Assembly: GCA_905215125.1 (NCBI GenBank)
Contig: CAJMOV010000001.1
Span: 1-38,620, forward strand
Length of the DNA: 38,620 bases
Direction of reading: 5' to 3'
From: an uncultured bacterium
Lineage (GTDB): Bacteria > Bacillota > Clostridia > Oscillospirales > Butyricicoccaceae
Positions 1-10,138 of the stretch are shown piece by piece (position 1 is the stretch's first letter; each line of letters begins with the position of its first letter). A program made the position numbers and the translations under genes. The notes below the pieces were generated by a model, which saw nothing but the letters and a program-made list of their open reading frames with translations, made no database searches and had not been told where the DNA came from.

Positions 1-2
1 GC

Positions 3-1070
3 GTCTCTTTGACGGGCATGGACACTACAGGCGTTTCCTCCCTGCTGCGGGGCGACGAAGGCACCAGCGTAAACGTCACCGTCCTGCGCGGCGGGCGCGA
101 GCTGTCCTTTACCCTGACCCGCGCCATGGTGGGCGAGCCCAACTTCTCTTCCCACCTTGTCGAAGACGGCATCTATTATATGAAATGGAACCGTTTTTTT
201 GACACCACGGCTTATATCCAGTTTGTCTTTGCCCTCAAGGATATGACGAACAACAACTGCCGCGCTCTTATTCTCGACCTGCGGGGCAACCCCGGCGGCG
301 ACCTCAACATGGCGTATAACGTTATCAACCGCCTGCTGCCCGACAGCGTCGACTTTTTCGGCTATTGCTACAAGCAGAACGGCGAGCGCGTTTACGAGTC
401 TGTCAGGTCGGACGGCATCGGCGCCGCACTGAACAAGATCATCATTCTAAGCGACGAAAACTCGGCCAGCGCCAGCGAAGTCGTGCAGGCTTCTCTATGC
501 GATCTGGGCTATGCCGTCTCGGTCGGCAAAACGACATACGGCAAGGCGCGCGGGCAGGTTCATTTGACCTTCCCCGACAATTCGGCCGCCGTCATCACAT
601 CCGTTGAGCTTATCGCCCCCTCGACGTCCGATTATGAGGAAATCGGCCTTACGCCCGATTACGACGTTGACAATTACACCGTGCCCCATCCCGCGGCACA
701 ATGCGCCTCCGTGCCCGAACAGCAGATGACGGTCGCCGCGGTCTCCCGGGAGGTTTACCGTCTTAACGCCGCGCTGGCCGCGCTGGGCTATCTGGACGCT
801 TCAGCCGTCGGCAATGCTTTTACCCTGTCGACGCTGGAAGCCGTGTACCGCTTCCAGGCCGATTACCAGCTCAAGCAGTCTCCCATCGTGACGGTCGAGT
901 GCGTCCGCGCCATCAACGCGACGCTTGACGCCTTTTCCGGAGAGGTCGTCACTGTTGACGCCCAGTACGAAAAGGCGCTTGAACTGGCGCGATATTATGC
1001 CTCCCAGCCGCAGCAGTATGTCGTCGACGAGCTGGGCAATGTCACCAATCTACCCAGGGAGGGCAAATAG
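3..1070 (+). CDS. S41-family C-terminal processing peptidase with a C-terminal peptidoglycan-binding domain (5'-truncated by the window edge)
   Basis: The reading frame is open to the window start. PDZ-domain tail (VNVTVLRGGRELSFTLTR). S41 motifs LILDLRGNPGGD, SASASEV (Ser nucleophile) and GKTTYGKARGQ (Lys). C-terminal PG_binding_1-like LNAALAALGYL...EAVYRFQADYQL. Confidence 0.85.
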   Translation, partial: VSLTGMDTTGVSSLLRGDEGTSVNVTVLRGGRELSFTLTRAMVGEPNFSSHLVEDGIYYMKWNRFFDTTAYIQFVFALKDMTNNNCRALILDLRGNPGGDLNMAYNVINRLLPDSVDFFGYCYKQNGERVYESVRSDGIGAALNKIIILSDENSASASEVVQASLCDLGYAVSVGKTTYGKARGQVHLTFPDNSAAVITSVELIAPSTSDYEEIGLTPDYDVDNYTVPHPAAQCASVPEQQMTVAAVSREVYRLNAALAALGYLDASAVGNAFTLSTLEAVYRFQADYQLKQSPIVTVECVRAINATLDAFSGEVVTVDAQYEKALELARYYASQPQQYVVDELGNVTNLPREGK

Positions 1071-1075
1071 CCGCC

Positions 1076-1933
1076 ATGACGCCTTTGCCATTCACCCTAC
1101 CCGCCGTACTCAGCCTGGAGGCCCTGCGCCGCACAGATGAGACAGCGCTGGTGCAGGTTTACGACGATTATCCCGTCTCGGCCGCCCGCGCGGCCGTCAT
1201 TCTGTCGCGCGAAAAACAGCCGATGCGGCCCGTCATTGTGTTGGCCGAGCTTGAGCCGACGGGCACAACGGCCGACGGCTGGCAGCCCGACGCGCTTTTG
1301 GCCCTGTTTGAAGCCATCGGCGCTTCGGCTTTTATCCTGTCCTGCCCGGCCGATTCCGATCTTCTGTCCGCCGCGCTTGACGAGCTGGTTTTCCGGGCGC
1401 GCATCCCTGTCGGCGTCTGCGTCCCCCACGGGATGGAAGGGCAGCTGATTCCCCAGGCCATGTCGGCGCGGCTGCTCCTCGCCGTCGACGATCAAAGCCT
1501 TTCCGTACTGCAGCGCGAAGCGCAGGCGCACGATTTCTTTGCCGCCCTGCCCGCGCCGGAGGACGTGGAGGACGAGCCGCAGAGACTCACCGCCGTCACC
1601 TGCGGCCAGCTTTTTTCCATCGACCCTGCCATTGACATCGACGCCGTCTGTGACATCAGCGACGACGATGTCATTTTCTCCCGCTGGCTTTTGGAGCAGG
1701 AAGAAAGCTGGGGCGCCATCCGCGTACACGTCGAGGGCGAGGACGACGTGGCCGTCCTGGACGAAAACCAGTATATGCTGCGCGTCCCCCTCGCCCTTGC
1801 CAGCGACGATCCTGCCGTCTTTGAACAGGCTGTGCGCCGTTTCTGCGGCATCGCGCTGTATGACGGCACCTGTGATTTTGACCCTGATTTTCTGGAGACC
1901 CTGCACCGCAAATACGGTCTGGTTTTGCTATAA
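1076..1933 (+). CDS. Hypothetical protein with degenerate resemblance to the homocysteine-methyltransferase and pterin-binding TIM barrels of MetH-like enzymes
   Basis: 285-aa ORF starting 5 nt after the peptidase stop. The segment VLAELEPTGTTADGWQPDALLALFEAIGASAFILSC...IPVGVCVP resembles the S-methyltransferase barrel. GAIRVHVEGEDDV...RVPLALASDDPAVFEQAVRRFCGIALYDG resembles a pterin-binding core. It is too short for both intact domains, and I saw no Zn-binding Cys triad. A terminator follows. Confidence 0.6.
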   Translation: MTPLPFTLPAVLSLEALRRTDETALVQVYDDYPVSAARAAVILSREKQPMRPVIVLAELEPTGTTADGWQPDALLALFEAIGASAFILSCPADSDLLSAALDELVFRARIPVGVCVPHGMEGQLIPQAMSARLLLAVDDQSLSVLQREAQAHDFFAALPAPEDVEDEPQRLTAVTCGQLFSIDPAIDIDAVCDISDDDVIFSRWLLEQEESWGAIRVHVEGEDDVAVLDENQYMLRVPLALASDDPAVFEQAVRRFCGIALYDGTCDFDPDFLETLHRKYGLVLL

Positions 1934-1937
1934 AAAT

Positions 1938-1974
1938 GCCCGGCGGGCTGAATCCCGCCGGGTTATTTCCTTTT
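1938..1974 (+). terminator. Rho-independent terminator
   Basis: gcccggcggg-ctgaat-cccgccgggt hairpin followed by ttatttcctttt. Confidence 0.8.
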
Positions 1975-2104
1975 CGCAGCTTCAGCCTGACGCCTGCGCG
2001 TCTTTAAGCCGCCCCGTCCTTCCGGCATCCGGGGCCCTATTGCCCGATCGGTAGAGAAGGCGGCCCGCACAACGAAAAGCGCGTGTCGGCGCGCATAAAA
2101 CCTT

Positions 2105-2863
2105 TCATCTATCCGGCTTAACTGCACGAACCGCCATAAACGCTGAGATACCGAGTTCAAAAAGGGGGCCTTCCGGCCAGGTATCCTCATACAAATCGGT
2201 AAGTGCAAAACCTGCGTGCAGCATACCGCCCAGCTGTTCTTCCACAGTGTGGGAAAACTGAACACCGTCGTTTCTTTCTATATCTCTTTTTAAAATCTCT
2301 TTGTCCAAAAGTGGGTTATAGGGCAAATGGTTTTGTATGGTCACGCCATCCTGGCCCACAGCGTAATTGACCGGCAGATCAAAGCCGGCCAACAGGACCC
2401 CGCCCGGCCGCAGAACGCGGAAGCACTCCCTCCACAGCGGCCCGACCTTTTCAATATAGCAGGTGGCGACGGGATTGACAATGAGATCAAAGCTCCCATC
2501 AGGGAAGGGGAGAGGCTTTGTCATGTCGGCGCGCACCAGCTCGATGTCATATCCTTCACGTCGGGCGACCATACGCTCGCGCTCCAGCTGGCGTTGAGAA
2601 TAATCAAGCACGGTGCATTGCGCGCCGGCCGCCGTCAAAATGGGCATCTGCTGGCCGCCGCCCGACGCCAGCCCAAGTACCCGACAGCCGCGCATGTCGG
2701 GGAACCAGCCTTGCGGCACCGGCTTGAGCGGTGTCAGTACAATGGACCAGCGGCCTTCTCTGGCCTGCACGAACTGTTCGCGCGTAACGGGCACGCTCCA
2801 CTCCCATCCCTCGTCAGCCCAGCTGTCAATGGTTTTTGCGTTGATATCGGTATAATTTTCCAC
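2105..2863 (-). CDS. Class I SAM-dependent methyltransferase
   Basis: 252 aa with a GTG start preceded by GGAGA. Motif I VLGLASGGGQQMPILTAAGAQCTVLDYS and post-I/II motifs (DLIVNPVA, LRPGGVLL). Confidence 0.8.
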   Translation of the reverse strand: MENYTDINAKTIDSWADEGWEWSVPVTREQFVQAREGRWSIVLTPLKPVPQGWFPDMRGCRVLGLASGGGQQMPILTAAGAQCTVLDYSQRQLERERMVARREGYDIELVRADMTKPLPFPDGSFDLIVNPVATCYIEKVGPLWRECFRVLRPGGVLLAGFDLPVNYAVGQDGVTIQNHLPYNPLLDKEILKRDIERNDGVQFSHTVEEQLGGMLHAGFALTDLYEDTWPEGPLFELGISAFMAVRAVKPDR

Positions 2864-2934
2864 AGGTCCGGTCTCCTGTCTGTAAGATGTCTCCAGTATA
2901 CCCCGCGCGTCCGGCTTTTGTCAAACTGTCCTCT

Positions 2935-2962
2935 TGCTTTCAGCCCCCTCCAGCATTATAAT
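2935..2962 (+). promoter_or_regulatory. Candidate sigma-A promoter for the TetR gene
   Basis: -35 TTGCTT (2935-2940), 16-nt spacer, -10 TATAAT (2957-2962). Confidence 0.5.
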
Positions 2963-2995
2963 TGAATAAATACCAATGACGGAGAAGTGGTACCC

Positions 2996-3613
2996 ATGGC
3001 AGTTAAAGGGCACATGGCAGTTAAGGAACGCATATTTGAAGCGATCCTGCAGATCATCGTCGAACTCGGCATTGAAGCGGTCACCTTTGCAGAAATCTCA
3101 TCTCGTATCTATATGCAGCCCAGCAGCATCGCCTATTACTTTCCTACCAAGGACGACATGCTGGCCGAATTTTTTTCCTGGTGGCTGAAGCCCCCATTCG
3201 ACGGCGTTTCTTGGCCGACGGGGGACACGCCGCAAAATGCCGCTGCACAGCTGTGTGCCCTTATCGATTATCTCGTCTTATACGCACCCTATGAAGATCC
3301 CATCGCCAGGGCCGTCGTGCGAACTTTTCTAATCGGCGCTGAGCGCAACAGCCGTTTTTATCTTCTCTCTACCCAAGTTATGCAGCTATCCTTTCAGAAT
3401 CTCGACAATTTGTTTAAAAACTATATGTATTTTAATATCATTGATTGCTCGCGTTACGACTTAGCCCTGGCTGAACTTTTCGGCTTGCTGTATAGCCGTC
3501 AAATCATGGGGTTCTTTGACATCCGGCTGCCCCGGCAACATGAAGTGCTGGTCGCTGCGGCAGAGCGTACAAAAACAGCCATCCTGAAAGACGGGCTTTA
3601 TCCGCCCGCATAG
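2996..3613 (+). CDS. TetR/AcrR-family transcriptional regulator
   Basis: N-terminal HTH (ERIFEAILQIIVELGIEAVTFAEISSRIYMQPSSIAYYFPTKDDMLAEFF). ATG 2996 lies 10 nt after GGAGA. Alternative starts are GTG 2987 and ATG 3014. Divergent from the methyltransferase. Confidence 0.8.
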   Translation: MAVKGHMAVKERIFEAILQIIVELGIEAVTFAEISSRIYMQPSSIAYYFPTKDDMLAEFFSWWLKPPFDGVSWPTGDTPQNAAAQLCALIDYLVLYAPYEDPIARAVVRTFLIGAERNSRFYLLSTQVMQLSFQNLDNLFKNYMYFNIIDCSRYDLALAELFGLLYSRQIMGFFDIRLPRQHEVLVAAAERTKTAILKDGLYPPA

Positions 3614-3617
3614 ACAT

Positions 3618-3655
3618 GGCGCGGTCGGAAAGCTCCGACCGCGCCCTCTATTTTC
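3618..3655 (+). terminator. Rho-independent terminator
   Basis: 12-bp stem ggcgcggtcgga-aagc-tccgaccgcgcc followed by ctctatttt. Confidence 0.7.
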
Positions 3656-3724
3656 ACAGTATCTCTATGACGCCGGAAAGAATGGCGGCTTCATCACCCA
3701 AACGGAAGGCTGCCTCATCATTCA

Positions 3725-5260
3725 TTATTCTACCGTCCGGAACGAAAGATCATAAGGATTTATCATGGTGTAGGCATTGTTCAGCCCGTCGCCTATATCC
3801 AGCTTTGTACTGATGGCATGGCAATCCATCTGGCCGACAATAGGGGTCATTGCGGCATCTTCGTCGATGACGATACGGAAAATTTCGTCATACAATTCCT
3901 GTCGTTTGCTGCTGTCGCGCTCTGCAATGGCCTGCGAGTACAATTCATCAACCGTGGGGTTACTGTACTGGGGGAAATTCATCTGTCCGCCGGTAGTGAA
4001 CATTGCGACCCACTGCGCCGCATTGCCGCCCAGCCCTGACGTCATGATAGCTAAGTCAACGTTACCTGCAAAGGCATCGGCGAGAAAAGCATTTTGTTCT
4101 AAAACCTCGACCTCCGCTTGGATACCGATGTCCCGCAGGTTAGACTGGACAACTTCAGCATAGGCTTTGTTGATTTCCTGGGTCTGGATAGTCAGTGTGC
4201 GCAGCCCCTCGCCACCGGGATATCCGGCGTCGGCCAGCAGCTGCCTAGCCTTTTCAGGGTCGTAACTATATCCTTCCACCTCCTGTGGTCCGTCGACGGT
4301 AATCCCAGGCAGCGGCGTCGGATTGAGGGGCGCGTACCCGGAGTAAACAACGTCGCTGCACATATCCCGGTCGATGGCATAGCTAATGGCCTTGCGCACC
4401 AGCACATTGTCGTAAGGAGGGTTCTGATGCACACCATAAAGAAAAATGCTCCCGACCGCCTCACGCATTTCACATGTGACCATGCCCGACTGCTCCAATG
4501 TTTCAATCTGGCTGAACGCGACGTTCATCGAATAGTGGATCTCGCCTGTCTCCAGTGCTGTGGCAACAGTAGACAAATCAGTGATGAACCTGATTTCACA
4601 TCTCTCAATGTCCGCTTTACCTCTATAATAATCGGAATAAGCGTTGAGTACCAGTTTATCTCCCGCTGCATATGACTGCACGGTATAGGGTCCACTGCCG
4701 ATGGGCTGCGTACCGAAATCTCCTCCCGCCGTCTCATGCGCTTCTTTGGGTAAGATGAAACACCAGTTGAACCCCTCTAAAAACCCTGGATCAGGGGCTC
4801 TTAAGGTGACAATCAGCGTTTTATCATTCTCGGCCCGGCAATCAGCGATGCTGTAACTGAACGAAGCCAGCGCCGCCGACGTGCGGAACAGTTCCACGGA
4901 ATACAGGACATCGTCCATCGTCATTTTCTCGCCGTTGTGAAAAGTAACACCGTCGCGCAGCGTAAATGAATAAGTGACGCCGTCATCTGATACGCTATAG
5001 CTTTCGGCTACCTTCATCGTAGGCTCGGCCGCACCAAGAGGCGTCCATGTGAGGGAATCGTAAATACAGCTGCCGATAAACAGTTCTTCGCCAGATGTCA
5101 TACGCGACGGGTCGAACGTCCCGATATCGGCGGCGATAGCCATCATCAGCGTGTCTTCCTGCGCCGCATCGGCATTGCCGGTCTGCCCATCGCGCTGGCA
5201 TCCGACCAGCTGTATTGCTAGAAAAAGGGTGCAAAGCAGTATGCTCATTTTCTTTTTCAT
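3725..5260 (-). CDS. ABC transporter substrate-binding lipoprotein, family 5 (peptide/nickel type)
   Basis: 511 aa. Lipoprotein signal MKKKMSILLCTLFLAIQLVGC. SBP_bac_5-like segments (VTFHNGEKMTMDDVLYSVE, YSDYYRGKA, PLYGVHQ-type core). No permease or ATPase genes are adjacent. Confidence 0.8.
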   Translation of the reverse strand: MKKKMSILLCTLFLAIQLVGCQRDGQTGNADAAQEDTLMMAIAADIGTFDPSRMTSGEELFIGSCIYDSLTWTPLGAAEPTMKVAESYSVSDDGVTYSFTLRDGVTFHNGEKMTMDDVLYSVELFRTSAALASFSYSIADCRAENDKTLIVTLRAPDPGFLEGFNWCFILPKEAHETAGGDFGTQPIGSGPYTVQSYAAGDKLVLNAYSDYYRGKADIERCEIRFITDLSTVATALETGEIHYSMNVAFSQIETLEQSGMVTCEMREAVGSIFLYGVHQNPPYDNVLVRKAISYAIDRDMCSDVVYSGYAPLNPTPLPGITVDGPQEVEGYSYDPEKARQLLADAGYPGGEGLRTLTIQTQEINKAYAEVVQSNLRDIGIQAEVEVLEQNAFLADAFAGNVDLAIMTSGLGGNAAQWVAMFTTGGQMNFPQYSNPTVDELYSQAIAERDSSKRQELYDEIFRIVIDEDAAMTPIVGQMDCHAISTKLDIGDGLNNAYTMINPYDLSFRTVE

Positions 5261-5360
5261 CCGGTATTCCTCCTGTCTGTTTAATGGCTACTATTATAGT
5301 CTACCAGATGTTTTTTGCCTATCGAATGAACATCGAAATTGTTTTCTGTTAACAGGTAAT

Positions 5361-5393
5361 AAAAAGCCCTTATCCGCAGCGGCGGATAAGGGC
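5361..5393 (-). terminator. Rho-independent terminator for the 5425-5886 gene
   Basis: 12-bp stem gcccttatccgc / gcggataagggc with a 4-nt loop. A T-run follows on the minus strand (complement of aaaaa 5361-5365). Confidence 0.8.
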
Positions 5394-5424
5394 CGGGTTT
5401 TATTAAAACGGCAGATGCAGACTT

Positions 5425-5886
5425 TTACTGCAGCGGGGGCGCAGGGGTATTGGTATTCTTGGGGGCGCGCTTAAAGTTGCCATAGCCGATCAGCTGAAGC
5501 AGCATGGCGACGAGGGCCAGGCTATACTTGACCGTAGCGTTGCCGCCCAGCTGGTTCGACAGCAGGACGAAAAGCATAATACCTGCCAGTTCGACGAAAG
5601 CGGCGACGACGGCGACAATCATGGCCTTGTTGATCCACTTGCCAGCGTCCTTCAGGTAGATAAAGCCAATGACGCCGGACAGAATGGCCAGCACGCCGCG
5701 CAGGGGATCGATGAACAGGCAGGCGCGCACGATGCCAGCGGCCGAATCGGGCAGTGCGCCGGAATTCAGAACCTCTTTTACGCTGGAAATCTGGCCGAGC
5801 GCACTGAACAGGGCAATGGCGCCAAAGATAAGCAACAGGACGTTGCCAACCAGTACCCAGCCCTTGCCGGGGATTTTCTCTTTCAT
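5425..5886 (-). CDS. Small integral membrane protein, unknown function (about 4 TM segments)
   Basis: 153 aa, preceded by a GAGGAGG RBS. Hydrophobic helices (WVLVGNVLLLIFGAIALFSAL, VLAILSGVIGFIYL, MIVAVVAAFVELAGIMLFVLL, LALVAMLLQLIGY). Confidence 0.7.
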   Translation of the reverse strand: MKEKIPGKGWVLVGNVLLLIFGAIALFSALGQISSVKEVLNSGALPDSAAGIVRACLFIDPLRGVLAILSGVIGFIYLKDAGKWINKAMIVAVVAAFVELAGIMLFVLLSNQLGGNATVKYSLALVAMLLQLIGYGNFKRAPKNTNTPAPPLQ

Positions 5887-5922
5887 GGAAAGTCCTCCTC
5901 TTTCTTTTTTAGTACCTCCATA

Positions 5923-5951
5923 ACTATAAATAAAAGATTCAAATTTGTCAA
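5923..5951 (-). promoter_or_regulatory. Near-consensus sigma-A promoter for the membrane-protein gene
   Basis: On the minus strand: TTGACA (5951-5946), 17-nt spacer, TATAGT (5928-5923). Confidence 0.65.
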
Positions 5952-6127
5952 TATAAATTCTTCCAACTGCCTGACCGTATCCTGCATCATTCCAATTCTG
6001 TCATTTGCGCTTTTCCCGATCTTTGCGGCAAATTTCATTTTATTTTAAAGTGCAAATGGAATTTTTAAATGATTTTTCCCATATTTCTTTCCATCCCACC
6101 TAATCGTCATTTTGTACAAGCCAAAAT

Positions 6128-6159
6128 ACAAAGAAAAAGCCGGGAGCACGTCTCCCGGC
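6128..6159 (-). terminator. Rho-independent terminator of the pgk-eno operon
   Basis: Stem gccgggag/ctcccggc (6139-6146 / 6152-6159) with a 5-nt loop. On the minus strand it is followed by tttttctttgtatttt. Confidence 0.8.
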
Positions 6160-6174
6160 CTTTCATAGGGGCTT

Positions 6175-7690
<1,516 letters not shown>

Positions 7691-7740
7691 CTATCTCCTT
7701 TATTTGGTTATCCTGTTTGTCCGGCCCGGCGGCCGCGGTT

Positions 7741-9246
7741 TCATACCAGAAGGGAACGGCCGCCCATCTCCTTCGGCTGCGGGATGCCCAGCAGTTCCAG
7801 CATGGTGGGGGCGACGTCGCACAGCGCCCCGTCGCGGATTTGCCGGCTGCCGCCGCACAGGATGATGGGGACGGGGTTGGTCGTGTGGGCGGTAAAGGGC
7901 GCGCCCTGCGCGTCCCGCATCCTGTCGGCGTTGCCGTGATCGGCAGTGACCAGCGCCTGCCCGCCGGCGCGCAGCACAGCGTCGACCGTCCTGCCGACGC
8001 ACTCGTCCACCGTTCTGACGGCGCGCACAGCGGCGTCAAACACGCCGGTATGCCCTACCATGTCGCAGTTAGCCAAGTTCATGATGATGACGTCATACCT
8101 GCCCGATTCAATGGCGGCGACGCATTTGTCGGTCACCTCGACGGCGCTCATCTCCGGCTGCAGGTCATACGTCGCCACCTTGGGGGAGGGGACGAGGATT
8201 CGATCCTCGCCGGCAAAGGGCTCCTCCCGTCCTCCGTTGAAGAAGAAGGTGACATGGGCATATTTTTCCGTTTCGGCGATGCGCAGCTGCGTCATGCCGC
8301 GCTCGGCGACTACCTGGCCCAGGATGTTGTCAAGCGACTGGGGGGCAAAAGCGATATGAACGCCCGGCATGGCGGCATCGTACTGCGTAAAACATACGAA
8401 ATACGGGGCAATGCAGCCACCCTGCCGCGCAAAGCCGTCAAAGCCCGGGTCGACAAAGGCATACGACAGCTCGCGCGCCCGATCGGGGCGGAAGTTGAAG
8501 AAGATGACGCTGTCGCGCGCAGTGACGGGGGCGTGATCCGGCGTGACAAAGGGCTTTACAAACTCGTCGGTCACCCCCGCGGCATAGGACGCTGCAACGG
8601 CGGCGGCAGGGTCGCTTTCTACGCTCGCCTGCCCCAGGGCCATGGCCTTGTAGGCAAGCTCGACGCGATCCCAGCGCTTGTCGCGATCCATGGCGTAATA
8701 CCGGCCCATGACGGATGCGATGCACGCCCCCGTTTCGCGGCACATCTCCTGCGCGCGGGCGACAAAGCCGGCCCCCGACGTCGGCGCGACGTCGCGCCCG
8801 TCGAGGAAGCAGTGCAGGTAGGTTTTGGCCCCCTTGCTTCCGCACAGGCGCAAAAGGGCGCTTAAATGCTCGATGTGGCTGTGCACCCCGCCGTCAGACA
8901 GCAGGCCGCACAGGTGCACTTTGCCGCCCTTTTCCTCCGCCGAGCGCAGGGCCTCCAGCAGCACGGGGTTTTTGTCAAAGCCGCCGCTTTCAATTTCCCG
9001 GGAAATCCGGGTCAGCTCCTGGTAGACGACCCTGCCGGCACCCAGATTGGTATGTCCGACCTCGCTGTTGCCCATCTGTCCGTCGGGCAGACCGACCGAA
9101 AGGCCGGAGCATTGCAGCAGGGCGTGGGGGCAGCGGCCCAGCAAATCGTCGATGCGGGGCGTCCCCGCGACCGAGATGGCGTTGTCCGGCCCGGCGGGCG
9201 CTGTACCGAAGCCATCCATAATGAGTAACAACAGGGGTTTTTTCAT
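7741..9246 (-). CDS. gpmI: 2,3-bisphosphoglycerate-independent phosphoglycerate mutase
   Basis: LLLIMDGFG, MGNSEVGHTNLGAGR and ADHGNAD motifs. ATG 9246 sits 7 nt after GAGGT. An upstream in-frame ATG at 9252 is also possible. Confidence 0.97.
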   Translation of the reverse strand: MKKPLLLLIMDGFGTAPAGPDNAISVAGTPRIDDLLGRCPHALLQCSGLSVGLPDGQMGNSEVGHTNLGAGRVVYQELTRISREIESGGFDKNPVLLEALRSAEEKGGKVHLCGLLSDGGVHSHIEHLSALLRLCGSKGAKTYLHCFLDGRDVAPTSGAGFVARAQEMCRETGACIASVMGRYYAMDRDKRWDRVELAYKAMALGQASVESDPAAAVAASYAAGVTDEFVKPFVTPDHAPVTARDSVIFFNFRPDRARELSYAFVDPGFDGFARQGGCIAPYFVCFTQYDAAMPGVHIAFAPQSLDNILGQVVAERGMTQLRIAETEKYAHVTFFFNGGREEPFAGEDRILVPSPKVATYDLQPEMSAVEVTDKCVAAIESGRYDVIIMNLANCDMVGHTGVFDAAVRAVRTVDECVGRTVDAVLRAGGQALVTADHGNADRMRDAQGAPFTAHTTNPVPIILCGGSRQIRDGALCDVAPTMLELLGIPQPKEMGGRSLLV

Positions 9247-9282
9247 GCGCATTACCTCAAATCCCCGCCCAATAGGGCGGCA

Positions 9283-10059
9283 CTACTGGTTGGCGGCGTC
9301 TATAATGGCGGAAAGCTGCTCGATGCTTAAGCTGGCGCCGCCGATCAGCCCGCCGTCAATGTCCGGCATGGATAAAAGCTCGGCAGCATTTTTGGGGTTC
9401 ATCGACCCGCCGTACAGGATGGAAATGGATCGCGCGATACGTGCACCGTACAAGCTGCGGATACACTCGCGGATGATATGGGCGACCTCGCCCGCCTGCT
9501 CGGCGCTCGCCGTCCTGCCGGTGCCGATGGCCCAGACGGGCTCATAGGCGATGACGACGCGGCGCATCTGCTCGGGCGCGACGCCGTGCAGAGCCATTTT
9601 GACCTGGGCGCGCACCCAGTCAAACGTCACGCCCTGCTCGCGCATTTCCAGGCTTTCGCCCACGCAGACGATGGGCCGCAGATTGCTCGACAGGGCGGCC
9701 AGGACCTTTTTGTTGACCTGTGCGTCGGTTTCAGCAAAATACTGCCGGCGCTCAGAATGACCGATGATGACGGCGCGGGCCCCCGCTTCCTCCAGCATGG
9801 CGCAGGAGATTTCGCCGGTATAGGCCCCGCTTTCGGCAAAATGGACGTTCTGCGCGCCCACCTCAACGCGGGCGCTTTTTCCCTTGGCCCCGCGGGTGGC
9901 CGCGGCAAGGTGCGTAAAGGGGACGCACACCACGATGTCGCACCAGCGCGCCGCGGCGGCCTTTTCCCGCAATTCAGCAAAATAGGCGCGGGTCTCGCCG
10001 ATGCCCATGTTCATTTTCCAGTTGCCGGCGATAATTGCTTTTCTGTAACGTCTGTTCAT
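9283..10059 (-). CDS. tpiA: Triose-phosphate isomerase
   Basis: IAGNWKMN, IIGHSERR, AYEPVWAIGTG and YGGS motifs. Confidence 0.97.
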   Translation of the reverse strand: MNRRYRKAIIAGNWKMNMGIGETRAYFAELREKAAAARWCDIVVCVPFTHLAAATRGAKGKSARVEVGAQNVHFAESGAYTGEISCAMLEEAGARAVIIGHSERRQYFAETDAQVNKKVLAALSSNLRPIVCVGESLEMREQGVTFDWVRAQVKMALHGVAPEQMRRVVIAYEPVWAIGTGRTASAEQAGEVAHIIRECIRSLYGARIARSISILYGGSMNPKNAAELLSMPDIDGGLIGGASLSIEQLSAIIDAANQ

Positions 10060-10138
10060 ACACGATTCCTTTTGCTTATTTTGATCCCCCGGCCCGCGGA
10101 CAGGGGAAGCCCCCTTCTCGTTATGGCCGGGTTGCCCT

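Noticed and set aside
5952-6127. AT-rich spacer with gcaaat...atttt half-repeats (about 6028-6075) and a 14-codon minus-strand mini-ORF (MTIRWDGKKYGKNH).
   Set aside because: The mini-ORF has no SD sequence and no supporting context. The repeats are short and imperfect. The region is most simply upstream promoter DNA for the membrane-protein gene.
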